DNA of 64,000 bases. Origin: Candidatus Levyibacteriota bacterium (GTDB lineage: Bacteria > Patescibacteriota > Microgenomatia > Levybacterales > UBA12049). The first letter of the stretch is position 1; every line of letters begins with the position of its first letter. Of this stretch, positions 41,111-51,211 are shown one piece after another. The stretch covers positions 31,961-95,960 of the forward strand of contig DAHWUP010000003.1 of the NCBI GenBank assembly GCA_027334565.1, in the 5' to 3' direction. The notes beneath the pieces are model-generated. The model was given only the letters and a program-made list of their open reading frames with translations, ran no database searches and was not told the origin of the DNA. Made by a program: the position numbers and the translations under genes.

Positions 41111-41791
41111 TTATCTTTTGAATTTGACGATCTTTAATTTGTAATTTACATAGAACAGTATTGCCAAAATCAGCGCAATAACGATTACAAGTTCAAATTT
41201 TCTAAAATATCCTCCCAAAATATTCCATTTACTGCCCAAGTAAAGTCCGATATAAGATATGAAAGAAAAATAAATAACGGTAGCCAATAAATTGGTGATG
41301 ATAAATTTGATGAATTTGACTTCGGTTATGCCCGCCGCAATAGCAATAAACGACCTAACTCCGGGTAGCATTTTTCCGATAAAAACGAAGGGAATACCAT
41401 ATTGCTTTATTTTTCCGGTTGCCAAATGATACTCGTGGTCGGATATGAGGATGAATTTACCGTATCTTTTTATTAAATTTAACATCAAATTTTCTTCCAG
41501 CAAGTACCCGATCAAATAGCCGATTATCGAACCGGCCAGATCTCCCAAAGCCGAAGAAACAATAACCAAAAGCATAAATAACCGTCCCTGGCTTACCAGA
41601 AATCCGGAAAATGGTAGTGTTACTTCGACCGGTATCGGAATTGCCGTGGCGCTTGAACCGGTCAAAATGAAAATACCGATGTAGCCTGTAGACTGAATTA
41701 TGTGTATAATAATGCCCGATAACTGTTCCAACATACTTATGGGAAGTCTATACATTGTAGCAACACCGATCGGGAATTTACAAGATATCAC
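41111..41791 (-). CDS. DedA/VTT-domain family membrane protein
   Basis: Polytopic protein with a DedA-like G..G.Y.G motif. The real start is probably internal (about 41734), since the N-terminus overlaps rsmI on the other strand. Confidence 0.75.
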   Translation of the reverse strand: MISCKFPIGVATMYRLPISMLEQLSGIIIHIIQSTGYIGIFILTGSSATAIPIPVEVTLPFSGFLVSQGRLFMLLVIVSSALGDLAGSIIGYLIGYLLEENLMLNLIKRYGKFILISDHEYHLATGKIKQYGIPFVFIGKMLPGVRSFIAIAAGITEVKFIKFIITNLLATVIYFSFISYIGLYLGSKWNILGGYFRKFELVIVIALILAILFYVNYKLKIVKFKR

Positions 41792-42440
41792 CTTACGTGC
41801 TTTGGAGACGCTTAAAATTGTTGATTTTATCGCTTGTGAAGATACCAGGAAAGCAGTAATTTTGATTAATCACTATTTTCCCAACGACCAAAAAGAAATG
41901 CAGGGAAAACTATTCTCATATTATGAGCAGGTCGAACTCACGAAGATTCCGCAGATAATGAATTTGCTGGCAAACGGTAAAAGTGTGGCTCTTATTTCGG
42001 ACGCAGGCACTCCTTCAATCTCCGACCCCGGATTTAAATTGATCAGGGAGTGTGTAAGAAGTAATATACCGGTGATTTCAATACCCGGCGCCTCTTCGGT
42101 TGTTTCCGCCTTGGTAGCATCGGGTTTACCGACGGACAAATTTACTTTTCTGGGTTTTCTTCCGCAAAAACCGGGACATAGAATCAAGCTTTTGGAGAAT
42201 GTTAAAACATCTCAACAAAGTCTGTCCTCGACCGTGATATTCTTCGAGTCTCCTTATAAATTAATCAAAACCTTGCAGGATTTGAAAAAAGTATTTGGAA
42301 ATATCGAAATTACGCTTGTAAGAGAACAAACCAAAGTTCATGAGGAAATAATCGCGTCTACGATAGATGAGTTGTCGGAAAGATTTGCTATAGGAATCAA
42401 AGGAGAATTTGTGGTTCTTTTCAGTCTTAAGACGACTTAA
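41739..42440 (+). CDS. rsmI: 16S rRNA (cytidine1402-2'-O)-methyltransferase RsmI
   Basis: N-terminus GSLYIVATPIGNLQDITLRALETLK matches RsmI (TP-methylase fold). I chose the internal Met. The track ORF begins at 41700. Confidence 0.85.
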   Translation: MGSLYIVATPIGNLQDITLRALETLKIVDFIACEDTRKAVILINHYFPNDQKEMQGKLFSYYEQVELTKIPQIMNLLANGKSVALISDAGTPSISDPGFKLIRECVRSNIPVISIPGASSVVSALVASGLPTDKFTFLGFLPQKPGHRIKLLENVKTSQQSLSSTVIFFESPYKLIKTLQDLKKVFGNIEITLVREQTKVHEEIIASTIDELSERFAIGIKGEFVVLFSLKTT

Positions 42441-43689
42441 GTTCCTGTTCGATCTGTAACAGCCGGTTGTATTTGGCAATTCTTTCTCCGCGTTGTGGGG
42501 CCCCGAATTTACAATAATCTGCAGAAACAGCGACAGCAAAGTCGGCGATAAAGTCGTCATTGGTTTCGCCCGACCGGTGCGAAACAATGATTTTCAAACC
42601 GGCTTGTCTCGCCATCTCAACAACAGCCAAAGCTTCGATCACCGTCCCAATCTGATTCGGTTTGATAATAATCCCGCTGATCGCCTTTTTTTCGATTGCG
42701 GTTCCAAGACGCATAGGATTGGTAACGGTTAAATCGTCCCCGACAATTATGGTTTGCCCGGATAACCTTCGGTAAAGTTCTGTCCACCCGTCCCAGTCGT
42801 CTTCGGATAAACCGTCTTCAAGGTAAAGAAAATGATAGTCCTTGTTTAATTGTTCGTAAAAATTGACCATGTCGCCGGAAGACAGGCTGCCTGATTTATC
42901 TTTGATATGATACTTATTTTCCGAATACAAATTATTTGACGCTACGTCCAATCCCATAAAAACGTCAAAACCTAACCTTAAATTCGTAGATTCAACCGCT
43001 TGTTTGACCGCAATAAGCGCGTCTTGGTTTGAGGCCAGTTTGGGTGAAAAACCTCCTTCGTCTGCGATCAGCGTAGAAAGGTTGTTTGAAAGCAATATCC
43101 TTTTTAGCGAAAAATATATTTTCGTACCGGTTTCCAACCCCTGGGAAAAAGTCATCGATGAGGCAGGTATGACCAAAAATTCCTGAAAATCGATAGTGCT
43201 GCTTTCCGAATGTAAGCCACCGTTCAGAATATTAAACATCGGCGTAGGAATCTTAAGAGAAAGGTTATCGGTTCTGATAAATTCCCGTAAATATGTGAAC
43301 AACGGTATTCGGTTGCTGCGCGCGGATGCTTTGGTTACCGCCATCGATACGGAAAGTATGGCATTGGCTCCGAGTTTGGATTTATTCGGCGTCGCGTCAA
43401 GTTCTATCATTTTCTTATCTATATCCTGTTGGCGGGTAGATTCTAAATTTAATAATGCCGGGGCGATAATGTCGATAACGTTTGAGACTGCATGTTCAAC
43501 GCTTAGGCCCTGATATTTATCCGGGATTCCGTCACGCAGTTCAAAAGCCTCATATTTACCCTTAGAGGTGCCGGCCGGACAGGCTGCCGTACCGTAAGCG
43601 CCGTCGGATAAAAGGACCGTAGTTTCTATAGTAGGTTGTCCTTTGGTATTTAAAATCTGTCTGGAAAGTATCTTGGAAATTTTTGCCAT
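42427..43689 (-). CDS. eno: Enolase
   Basis: N-terminus SKILSRQILNTKGQPTIE plus the enolase signature. 420 aa. Confidence 0.97.
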   Translation of the reverse strand: MAKISKILSRQILNTKGQPTIETTVLLSDGAYGTAACPAGTSKGKYEAFELRDGIPDKYQGLSVEHAVSNVIDIIAPALLNLESTRQQDIDKKMIELDATPNKSKLGANAILSVSMAVTKASARSNRIPLFTYLREFIRTDNLSLKIPTPMFNILNGGLHSESSTIDFQEFLVIPASSMTFSQGLETGTKIYFSLKRILLSNNLSTLIADEGGFSPKLASNQDALIAVKQAVESTNLRLGFDVFMGLDVASNNLYSENKYHIKDKSGSLSSGDMVNFYEQLNKDYHFLYLEDGLSEDDWDGWTELYRRLSGQTIIVGDDLTVTNPMRLGTAIEKKAISGIIIKPNQIGTVIEALAVVEMARQAGLKIIVSHRSGETNDDFIADFAVAVSADYCKFGAPQRGERIAKYNRLLQIEQELKSS

Positions 43690-45914
43690 TATATTTTATT
43701 TATAAACTTTTTTTCGGACTGAAACAAGATTTTTTCGGCTTGGGCAAGATAATCGAAGGGAACGGATATCGCAGTTAAACCGATTGGCAATAAAGCATCG
43801 ACAAGCTCACCGAAATTGGATAAATCTTCATTAAGTATGATCGCCGGAAGCGACTTGTCCGATGCAACTTTGAATATTTTTTCAATGTTTGAAAGTAGCG
43901 GAAAAGAATATTTGTTCAATTCGGAGAATATTTCCGGATTATGCCTATCGGTACCAAACAGAAGACTTAAAATCGATTGATAATCGACAAAAATCCCGCT
44001 AATCCCGCAGTCAAGAAATTTTTCTAAGTCGTCTGCGTTTGCGGGAATGTTAGCCGTTATGTATAATTTAAGGCTGTCGGTTTGTGAAAAACCCGCTTCC
44101 TTAATGATCTTCATTATGTGTAGCATTTCTTCCAAAGTTCTAAGATATGGTATCGATACGGATAAATTTTTTGCACCGTGCAGAGTTAAAGCTTTCTTTA
44201 TCGCTTCAAGTTCAAGGTTAAAGATATCCCGATCGTGAGTGTATCGAAAAGCACCGTGAAATCCGAGTAGGGGATTTTCCTCTGTTCCGTCATAATCCGT
44301 ACCGTTTTCCAAACGCCTGTAATCGGCGGTTGTAAGGTTGGTCAACTGGTAAACCACCGTTTTCGGAAAAAAAGTCTCGCATACTAAACTTATATAACCG
44401 GCCAGTTTTTCGATTAAAAGATGCTGTTCGTTTCTTTCGATAAGTTTTTTGGGATGTATTCCGATTTCCTCGATAATTTTATGCGCGTCTCCGATGAATG
44501 CGCCATCGATGTTTTCGTTTTTAAAATCATGGAAGCTATCTTTATAATGTGCGCTTATATAAAGCTTGGTAGCAAAATTAATTTTTTTATTTTTATGCTC
44601 GTTAGTCGTTGGATTAATCGATAAACCTCCTTTATAAATTTCTCCCTTGGTAGCGTTAAGGGTAATAATTTGGTCATTTTTCAAAAGTTTTGAAGCATCG
44701 TTGGTTCCGGCAATGCAAGGCATGCTAAGATTTTTAGACTGAAAAAGTATCTGCATGTTCTTGTCATAGTCATCGATAACCACCGCTGACGCTTTCTTGA
44801 GGGAACTTAAATAAAATGATTTTATCGCTTTAATCACGACTATATCGCCCGGTGAAATGTGGTTGGCGCTTACCTTATCCGTAACAATTCTGGCAGGCCC
44901 CGACGAAATTCCGCGATTGACCGGTATTCCTCTTAAAATTACTTCTTCTGAATCATCAAAATATTTATTTTTTCTAAGAGTCGGAGTATTTTCCAACGGT
45001 AGGGTTTGAATAACAAATAATCTGTCGTTAGCCAGCGCCCATTCTATCTTTTGCGGAAAAAAACTGTATTTTTCAATGACCTTTCCGAGCTCTGCCAATT
45101 CCAAAATTTTTGGATCAGAAATTTTTTGGCTGTTGCGATTAATAAAACCGAGGTTTACTATCTTATTTTCAATGCCGACTTTTTTAAACTGTTTTTTTTG
45201 TTCGGAAATAGTTTTATCGATGATCGTCAAATCGGATTTTCGAATTCTATAGACGTCCGGTTTTTCTTGATTTAGCGAAATCAGTTCACCGAGACCGAAA
45301 ATAGCCTCTATTACAAACTCCTCTTTTGCATAAGTATTGGGGTCGACGGTATAGATTAATCCTGATTTTTCGGACTCGATCATTTGTTGGACAATCAGCG
45401 TGGGTTGTATGCTTGAAATCTCGCTTAACTGCTGATGTCTAAAAAATAAAAGCCTTGGATTAAATTGTTGGGCCCAGGCTGATTTGATTTTTTCGAGCAA
45501 TACGGCTTCACCTTTAACATTTAGAGACGCGCTTGACGAGGTATCCGCAGAGATTTCCGAAAATTTGATGGAAACAAGCGGTTCATTCAGATTCTTGTAT
45601 GCATCGACTATTTCTCTGCAAAGGTCTTCCGGTAAAACTGCGTCTTCGATCATTTTTTGAAGTATCGCCGAGATCTGATGAAGTGATCGAAGATGGTTAA
45701 AGTTAGCGGTCGAGCAAATTTGTCTTATCTTGGTATCAAGTTTGTTTTCATGTAAAAAATGAGTATAGGCTGCAGGTGTAAGTACAAATCCGTTCGGGAC
45801 CGGTAGACCGAAAGCATACATTTCTCCCAAGCTTGCTGCTTTCTCTCCCAACTGCAAGGCATAAGTCTTATCAATGTCTTTAAAGAATTTAAGATAATGT
45901 AAGTTTTTATCCAT
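43689..45914 (-). CDS. PEP synthase / pyruvate-water dikinase-like protein (PpsA family), probably with a non-canonical swivel domain
   Basis: N-terminal PPDK_N ATP-grasp region (ALQLGEKAASLGEMYAFGLPVPNGFVL), a central mobile domain and a C-terminal PEP-binding TIM barrel (NPLLGFHGAFRY). Where the conserved GGRTCHAAI phospho-His motif should be, the sequence reads DDYDKNMQIL. Confidence 0.75.
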   Translation of the reverse strand: MDKNLHYLKFFKDIDKTYALQLGEKAASLGEMYAFGLPVPNGFVLTPAAYTHFLHENKLDTKIRQICSTANFNHLRSLHQISAILQKMIEDAVLPEDLCREIVDAYKNLNEPLVSIKFSEISADTSSSASLNVKGEAVLLEKIKSAWAQQFNPRLLFFRHQQLSEISSIQPTLIVQQMIESEKSGLIYTVDPNTYAKEEFVIEAIFGLGELISLNQEKPDVYRIRKSDLTIIDKTISEQKKQFKKVGIENKIVNLGFINRNSQKISDPKILELAELGKVIEKYSFFPQKIEWALANDRLFVIQTLPLENTPTLRKNKYFDDSEEVILRGIPVNRGISSGPARIVTDKVSANHISPGDIVVIKAIKSFYLSSLKKASAVVIDDYDKNMQILFQSKNLSMPCIAGTNDASKLLKNDQIITLNATKGEIYKGGLSINPTTNEHKNKKINFATKLYISAHYKDSFHDFKNENIDGAFIGDAHKIIEEIGIHPKKLIERNEQHLLIEKLAGYISLVCETFFPKTVVYQLTNLTTADYRRLENGTDYDGTEENPLLGFHGAFRYTHDRDIFNLELEAIKKALTLHGAKNLSVSIPYLRTLEEMLHIMKIIKEAGFSQTDSLKLYITANIPANADDLEKFLDCGISGIFVDYQSILSLLFGTDRHNPEIFSELNKYSFPLLSNIEKIFKVASDKSLPAIILNEDLSNFGELVDALLPIGLTAISVPFDYLAQAEKILFQSEKKFINKI

Positions 45915-45954
45915 AATTTAATTATGTTTGCTTGAAGAACAATTATCAAGAGGA

Positions 45955-46992
45955 TTATTTTTTAAGTTCTTGCTTAAAATAATCAACCCAGGGGATTAAG
46001 CTTGGATTCTCGTCATAAATCAATGCCAAGAATAAAGATAGGTAACCTCCGAAAGATAAAACATTCAATACTTGATCAAGCTTTGTATTTCCCTGCGCAT
46101 CGTATTCGGTAATACCGACGTTATTTTTTGCAATAACTTCTTCGGTAAGCCTTAGGCGCTGTTTAATTTTGGTTTCGTAAAGATCGGATTTTAAAAAAAG
46201 TGCTTCGAGCTTATTGTCTTTCGGATATTTTAATCCTTCCATTAGATGATGGTTAAGCTCCGGAAGTCTGGAAAAATTTGCAAAACTTTTTGCGGTTTCA
46301 TTCATCTGATTCCTTAGAATATGGGCATTGCCTTTGAGAAAATCGGCCGCGATAATAAGAGGAATTTTATTATCAAATTTAAGCGATAACTCTTTTGCAG
46401 TTTTAATAATTCGTTCCTGTTCAGATCGCAGGAGATAGACCGCACGTTCAAATTCATCGTCAGTCATATCGATCAATCCGGTTTGTTTTATAAGCGCGAT
46501 GGTTCCAACAATTATATATCCGGTGCCGAGTCTTGGTTGACCGCACGGATTATGTTTGGGGTCAAATACCAACCCTGGAGACTGTTTTGTATTTACCATG
46601 TTACCGAGTTCTCCTCCCGAAGTCAAAATAAGCGTCTGACAACCTAGTCTTAAAGCTTCGGTTGCACAAGACAAAGTTTCTTCTGTTGTGCCGGAGTAGC
46701 TTGTCAATACGACCAGTGTTTTGGAATCGGCAAATTTTGGCAAGTGGTAATCGTTGATAATCACAAGAGGAATTTTAAGCCTGTCGGCAAACAATGATTC
46801 CAAAACATGGCCTCCGTATGAAGAACCGCCCATGCCGGCGATCACCAGTTTATCAATATCCCGTTTGGGAATTTTGATATTATAAGCATCTTTCCAGATT
46901 TGTTCGCATTGCGCCGGAAGCATTCCGGTAGACTCGTATACTTTTTGCGGGTCCAGTTTTCTGATCTCGTTTATGTCTTCAAAATTTATCAT
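45955..46992 (-). CDS. Bifunctional phosphoglucose/phosphomannose isomerase (SIS domain)
   Basis: SIS-domain motifs VIAGMGGSSYGG and VVLTSYSGTTEETL. 345 aa. Confidence 0.8.
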   Translation of the reverse strand: MINFEDINEIRKLDPQKVYESTGMLPAQCEQIWKDAYNIKIPKRDIDKLVIAGMGGSSYGGHVLESLFADRLKIPLVIINDYHLPKFADSKTLVVLTSYSGTTEETLSCATEALRLGCQTLILTSGGELGNMVNTKQSPGLVFDPKHNPCGQPRLGTGYIIVGTIALIKQTGLIDMTDDEFERAVYLLRSEQERIIKTAKELSLKFDNKIPLIIAADFLKGNAHILRNQMNETAKSFANFSRLPELNHHLMEGLKYPKDNKLEALFLKSDLYETKIKQRLRLTEEVIAKNNVGITEYDAQGNTKLDQVLNVLSFGGYLSLFLALIYDENPSLIPWVDYFKQELKK

Positions 46993-48380
46993 TGTTTTGC
47001 TATAGACAGGATAAAAGTTTTCAACTCGTTGAATTTTGTGTCAGTCAGTTGTTTTTCAAAGGATTCCACATTCAGTCTTAACAAGGGTTCCGTATTGGAT
47101 GACCTAACATTAAACCTCCAGGTCGGATTGGAAAAAGTGATCGCCACACCGTCCAGATCGTTAAGTTGCCCGTCTTTATATTTATCCTTTAGTTTATTTA
47201 GAATTTCATTTGCGTTGGATACCTTAAAATTAAATTCACCGGATTCGTAACTCCTCTGCAACTTTGCCAAAATTTGGGATAAAGATTTTCCCTCTTCGGA
47301 TAAAACCTTTAGTACCGCGATGATGGTAGCAACCTGTGATTCGGCGTTGCCGGTAGCCTTATAATAAAAATGGCCGGAAGATTCGCCGGCAAACACTCCG
47401 CCGGTTTCGGTCAAAGCTTCCGTAATATATGCATGGCCGACTTTTGTGATCACCGATTTGCCTCCGCATTCCTCGACGATTTTTTGACTTCCCAAAATAT
47501 ATCTGATATCAAATAAAATGGTTGATCCCGGGTATTGTTTTAACATTTGTTCGGCTATTAAGGATGTTATTTTGGTGGCCTCAACTACCTGTCCTTTTTC
47601 GTCAATAAAATATAGTCTGTCACCGTCTCCGTCCGGAGCAAGACCCAGATCCGCTTTTTCACTTAAAACTTTATTCTGAAGATCTTTAAGGTTATCGAAA
47701 TTCAACGGGTCGGGCTGATGAGCGGGAAAACTTCCATCGAGTTTAAAGTTCATTCTAATAAGCTCCCCGGGTATCTTTTCAAACAGCGCATCGATATATG
47801 TTCCTCCCATCGCATTGGCCGGGTCCGCAACTATCTTAAATTTTTTGATCATTGGATTTCCGAAAATCTTAAGAGCATTATCCACCTCGTCTTCCAGGAC
47901 GCCGGTTTTTTCTTCGATAGTACCCTTGAATTTTGGGGTATATCCGACACCGGATAGCGCCATTTGTTTGATTTCGTCCATCCCTGTCGGTTTTCCGATC
48001 TTCAATAGGCCTTTCGGTGTATTGATCACGAATTTCAAGCCGTTGTATTCCGGCGGATTATGAGAGGCTGTAACTTGTATTCCACAATCGTAATTATAAT
48101 GATTGACCGCAAAATAAAACGTCGGAGTAGAGGTCATGCCGGCGTCATAAAGATGCGCGCCCATTTCAAGCAAAGTTGTTTTAACCGCAGCATAAAGTTT
48201 GGGTCCCGATAATCTCATATCGTAACTTAACAAAATATTCAGTTGGCGATCGTCCGAAATTTTCTCGGTGAAGAATTTATAAATGGCTTTGGTTATTTGA
48301 GAGATACCTTCTTCGTCAAGTTGGGTAGGGTATATAGCTCTGATATCGTAAGATTTGAAAATTGAAGGATCGATGGTCAT
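46989..48380 (-). CDS. Phosphoglucomutase/phosphomannomutase
   Basis: Active-site TASHNPPEYNGLK, Mg loop DGDGDR, 463 aa. Confidence 0.9.
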   Translation of the reverse strand: MTIDPSIFKSYDIRAIYPTQLDEEGISQITKAIYKFFTEKISDDRQLNILLSYDMRLSGPKLYAAVKTTLLEMGAHLYDAGMTSTPTFYFAVNHYNYDCGIQVTASHNPPEYNGLKFVINTPKGLLKIGKPTGMDEIKQMALSGVGYTPKFKGTIEEKTGVLEDEVDNALKIFGNPMIKKFKIVADPANAMGGTYIDALFEKIPGELIRMNFKLDGSFPAHQPDPLNFDNLKDLQNKVLSEKADLGLAPDGDGDRLYFIDEKGQVVEATKITSLIAEQMLKQYPGSTILFDIRYILGSQKIVEECGGKSVITKVGHAYITEALTETGGVFAGESSGHFYYKATGNAESQVATIIAVLKVLSEEGKSLSQILAKLQRSYESGEFNFKVSNANEILNKLKDKYKDGQLNDLDGVAITFSNPTWRFNVRSSNTEPLLRLNVESFEKQLTDTKFNELKTFILSIAKQ

Positions 48381-48389
48381 TATTACATA

Positions 48390-49082
48390 TTATAAACCGC
48401 TTAAAAAAAAGTCAATGCTTATATGGAGAGGAACCGAGGTCTTACCGGTCTTTGATTTTAATTCGATATCAAATAATTGCCCGTAAAAGTGAATCAGTTG
48501 CTCTTTATTAAAATTTTTTACTTGCGATCTAAGTTTGGATAGTTGCCAGGGAGCCATACGTTTTGTCTCATCAATTTGGTTGTGGTAATCTCCCAGGGAC
48601 TGCAAATAAAGCCTGAACTGTCTGACCAGCATGAAAAAGATCAGCTCATCTTCCTGTTTGGCTCTAAGCTCATGAAATATTCCGATAAGTTGTTTCGAAT
48701 TTCCCGGTCTTAACTGGTCTAAAAACGTAAACAATTTTTGAGGAACATTAAAATTTATCACCTCGAAATTGTTTAACTTTGAAATCGCCGGTTTTGATAA
48801 CTCAGATCCCTCCCACAATACGACATTCAAATCGTTCGTAACGTTGAAAAAGTCGATGATTTGTTTAAATTCCGCAGAAGTTACCTTATTTTTAGTGAAC
48901 AGATTTTCGATAAAAATGACTTTTTCGTCCGAAAAAATAGATTTGTTTTTACTTAGCTGAAATAAAGTGTCATAAATTAACCCTTCGCCGTTTAGAATCA
49001 AATGCTCGGGATATTCGTTCTTTTTGCCAAAGTAATAGTCTCTTGTTTTTTCGATGTCTGAGCCGTGAATGATAAGTTTCAT
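48390..49082 (-). CDS. holA: DNA polymerase III delta subunit-like protein
   Basis: C-terminal LIGIFHELRAKQEDELIFFMLVRQFRLYLQ aligns with the conserved HolA helical domain. The 230-aa length fits a short HolA. Confidence 0.55.
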   Translation of the reverse strand: MKLIIHGSDIEKTRDYYFGKKNEYPEHLILNGEGLIYDTLFQLSKNKSIFSDEKVIFIENLFTKNKVTSAEFKQIIDFFNVTNDLNVVLWEGSELSKPAISKLNNFEVINFNVPQKLFTFLDQLRPGNSKQLIGIFHELRAKQEDELIFFMLVRQFRLYLQSLGDYHNQIDETKRMAPWQLSKLRSQVKNFNKEQLIHFYGQLFDIELKSKTGKTSVPLHISIDFFLSGL

Positions 49083-49501
49083 ATGCCGTTTCTGCGTTTG
49101 TATTCTTTATATAAAGCTTCTGCGGTTTTGCCAAGATGGCGGCTTCTGGTACGATGAGCAAGTAAAGCGCCTGAAAAATTTTGCGGGATATGCAACAACT
49201 CATGTATCAATACCTTTATTTTTTCCTGTTCGCTTAAATTATCATAATATTTGGAAAGGACTTCGATCACATATGCGGGTTCTATGTTAAGCGCCTGTTG
49301 AAAGATCTTCGGGAACGACCAAATCCTTGCGTATGCTCTTGATTTGGATCCGCTCGTACGATAACAGTATATCTGCTTTAAGTTGATATGATCCATGTCC
49401 AGAACCTGCAGAATTTTTTTTAACAATTGTTTGACATCATTCGCTTGTTCCCAATCAAGACCGGAAGCGTGGTTTTTGGAGAATGTCTTTCGTTTCTTCA
49501 T
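49079..49501 (-). CDS. Small HExxH-motif putative zinc metallopeptidase (YgjP/DUF45/SprT-like)
   Basis: IHELLH motif near the C-terminus. 140 aa. Overlaps neighbours on both sides by 4 nt. Confidence 0.45.
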   Translation of the reverse strand: MKKRKTFSKNHASGLDWEQANDVKQLLKKILQVLDMDHINLKQIYCYRTSGSKSRAYARIWSFPKIFQQALNIEPAYVIEVLSKYYDNLSEQEKIKVLIHELLHIPQNFSGALLAHRTRSRHLGKTAEALYKEYKRRNGI

Positions 49502-50025
49502 GTATGCTTATCGGCGACATAAGAAGCTGCATATGCTTCAGGTTTGGTCTTGGCGATATAACCGTTCCCGGTTACCATACCGACGACCTCCTTGATCATC
49601 TCCCTGCTGGCGCCGTGTTCGCCTACATCCACGTGAATTTCCAGATTATAATTTAAGGCCCGTCCGTTTAATTTTTGTTTAAATAATGGAACAAAAACTG
49701 AAGCGAAAGTCAAAGAGGCGATCGTCTCGGCATAGATCTTTTCTCTAAGACTATGTATATTCTTTTTATCCTGTCTTCTCCAGAAGTATTTACCGCCAAA
49801 TCCTCTTCTGTGTATAAGAATCGCGGTCACCAGATTTATTTCTTTTGTGCCGTTTTTACGCCTTACAATATTGTTCTTTTCGTGTGAATCCGTTCCGATC
49901 ACAAGACTATACTCGCTGTCAGGCTCTTCTTCCAAAAATTCCTTGATTTTTGAAATAATTTCTTGTAGTGATAGCTCTCCGTGTGTGATACTGTGAAATG
50001 TTTCGCTTTTATAATCCTTATCCAT
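49498..50025 (-). CDS. YkuK/DUF458 family RNase H-like protein
   Basis: LVIGTDSH and AILIHRRGFGGKYFW match the YkuK family IGTDSQ / VH..GKGG motifs. Confidence 0.7.
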   Translation of the reverse strand: MDKDYKSETFHSITHGELSLQEIISKIKEFLEEEPDSEYSLVIGTDSHEKNNIVRRKNGTKEINLVTAILIHRRGFGGKYFWRRQDKKNIHSLREKIYAETIASLTFASVFVPLFKQKLNGRALNYNLEIHVDVGEHGASREMIKEVVGMVTGNGYIAKTKPEAYAASYVADKHT

Positions 50026-50059
50026 GGGGTTTGTATCCAGTAGATTATAGCATATCGGC

Positions 50060-51199
50060 TCAAATGCCCAATAACCATTTGAAAAATGCCTTCTGCGACC
50101 GGCCGATCATATCGAAAATTGTTTTCTCCGGAGTTGACTTGAATTTTTCGGTTGGCATTATTACGGGCGCAGTAGCACTTTGAGTACTTTGCGGGTTAAT
50201 TTCGGGATCACCTTTATCTTTTTTAAGATTGAACAACGCGTAATATATCTGGTTTTTGTTATCACCGTTTTCGAAGGCGAACTGGGTAAAGGGACCGGAG
50301 GAAGCATTGAAAATAAACGGTGTTACCGCGACAACGCTTTTATCGTCCCAGTAATTCATGAAACTTTGTATATAGTATTGGGATTGCGTACTTTGTGAAA
50401 CAGTATCGGAAGACCATCCGGTTTCGGTGATGAATACGGGTAAAACTTTTTGAGAAAAACTTTCAGCCAGGCTTTGTTGATAATAAAAACTGTATATACC
50501 TTCCCTGAGTTTTGAAGGAGGCATTGAAAATCCCGGATTAGGGTAAGAATGACTTCCTAAGCCGTCTATTTTATTAAAGATGTCCGGTACAGCCTCTTCC
50601 ATTTGATACATATAAGTGAATTCGTCAATCGATTTGCCCGCTACGTTTGTAGCGGCGTTATCAAGTCCTGCGGAAATGATAAAAAAATCCTGACTGCGCT
50701 GTTTAAAAGCGTCAACCGCAAAACTAAGAAGCTGCGCATATTCGGAAGCATCCGGTGTTCCTCCCCATTCGTCTCCGCGGTTCACCTCATTGAAAATTTC
50801 AACGTATCTGTTTTTGGTCGGCCAGTTAAGGTCGTTTAAAAAATTGGCAAAGTCGATAATATCGTAATCGTCGGGCTTGCTCCATGCTCCTTGATCAAAA
50901 TAATCATCGACCGTAGCTATTCTTATGATCGGTATCAAATGGTAACGCGCACAATCATCCATGAACAGTTGCCATTTAACCAAATTGCGATCGTTAGCTT
51001 CAATGGGAATAGTGACATACCCCCAATCGCCTCCGTTTGAATTTACCAAATGGGCCGCTTCACTTACCTCCGAAGGGTAAAGAATGTGAATTCCGACCTT
51101 GTTATTAGGTAGAGTGGTGGGATCATAAATTGCGTAAACATCATTACAGGAAACAAACAGCCATAAGATTAGAATCAGAGGGTAAATCAATTTTTTCAT
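50060..51199 (-). CDS. Secreted/membrane-anchored glycoside hydrolase, clan GH-A (GH5-like) TIM barrel
   Basis: N-terminal signal/TM. The catalytic acid motif is NEVN (NEP-like) and the nucleophile is ITETGW. Confidence 0.6.
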   Translation of the reverse strand: MKKLIYPLILILWLFVSCNDVYAIYDPTTLPNNKVGIHILYPSEVSEAAHLVNSNGGDWGYVTIPIEANDRNLVKWQLFMDDCARYHLIPIIRIATVDDYFDQGAWSKPDDYDIIDFANFLNDLNWPTKNRYVEIFNEVNRGDEWGGTPDASEYAQLLSFAVDAFKQRSQDFFIISAGLDNAATNVAGKSIDEFTYMYQMEEAVPDIFNKIDGLGSHSYPNPGFSMPPSKLREGIYSFYYQQSLAESFSQKVLPVFITETGWSSDTVSQSTQSQYYIQSFMNYWDDKSVVAVTPFIFNASSGPFTQFAFENGDNKNQIYYALFNLKKDKGDPEINPQSTQSATAPVIMPTEKFKSTPEKTIFDMIGRSQKAFFKWLLGI

Positions 51200-51211
51200 T
51201 ACCCGAATATT

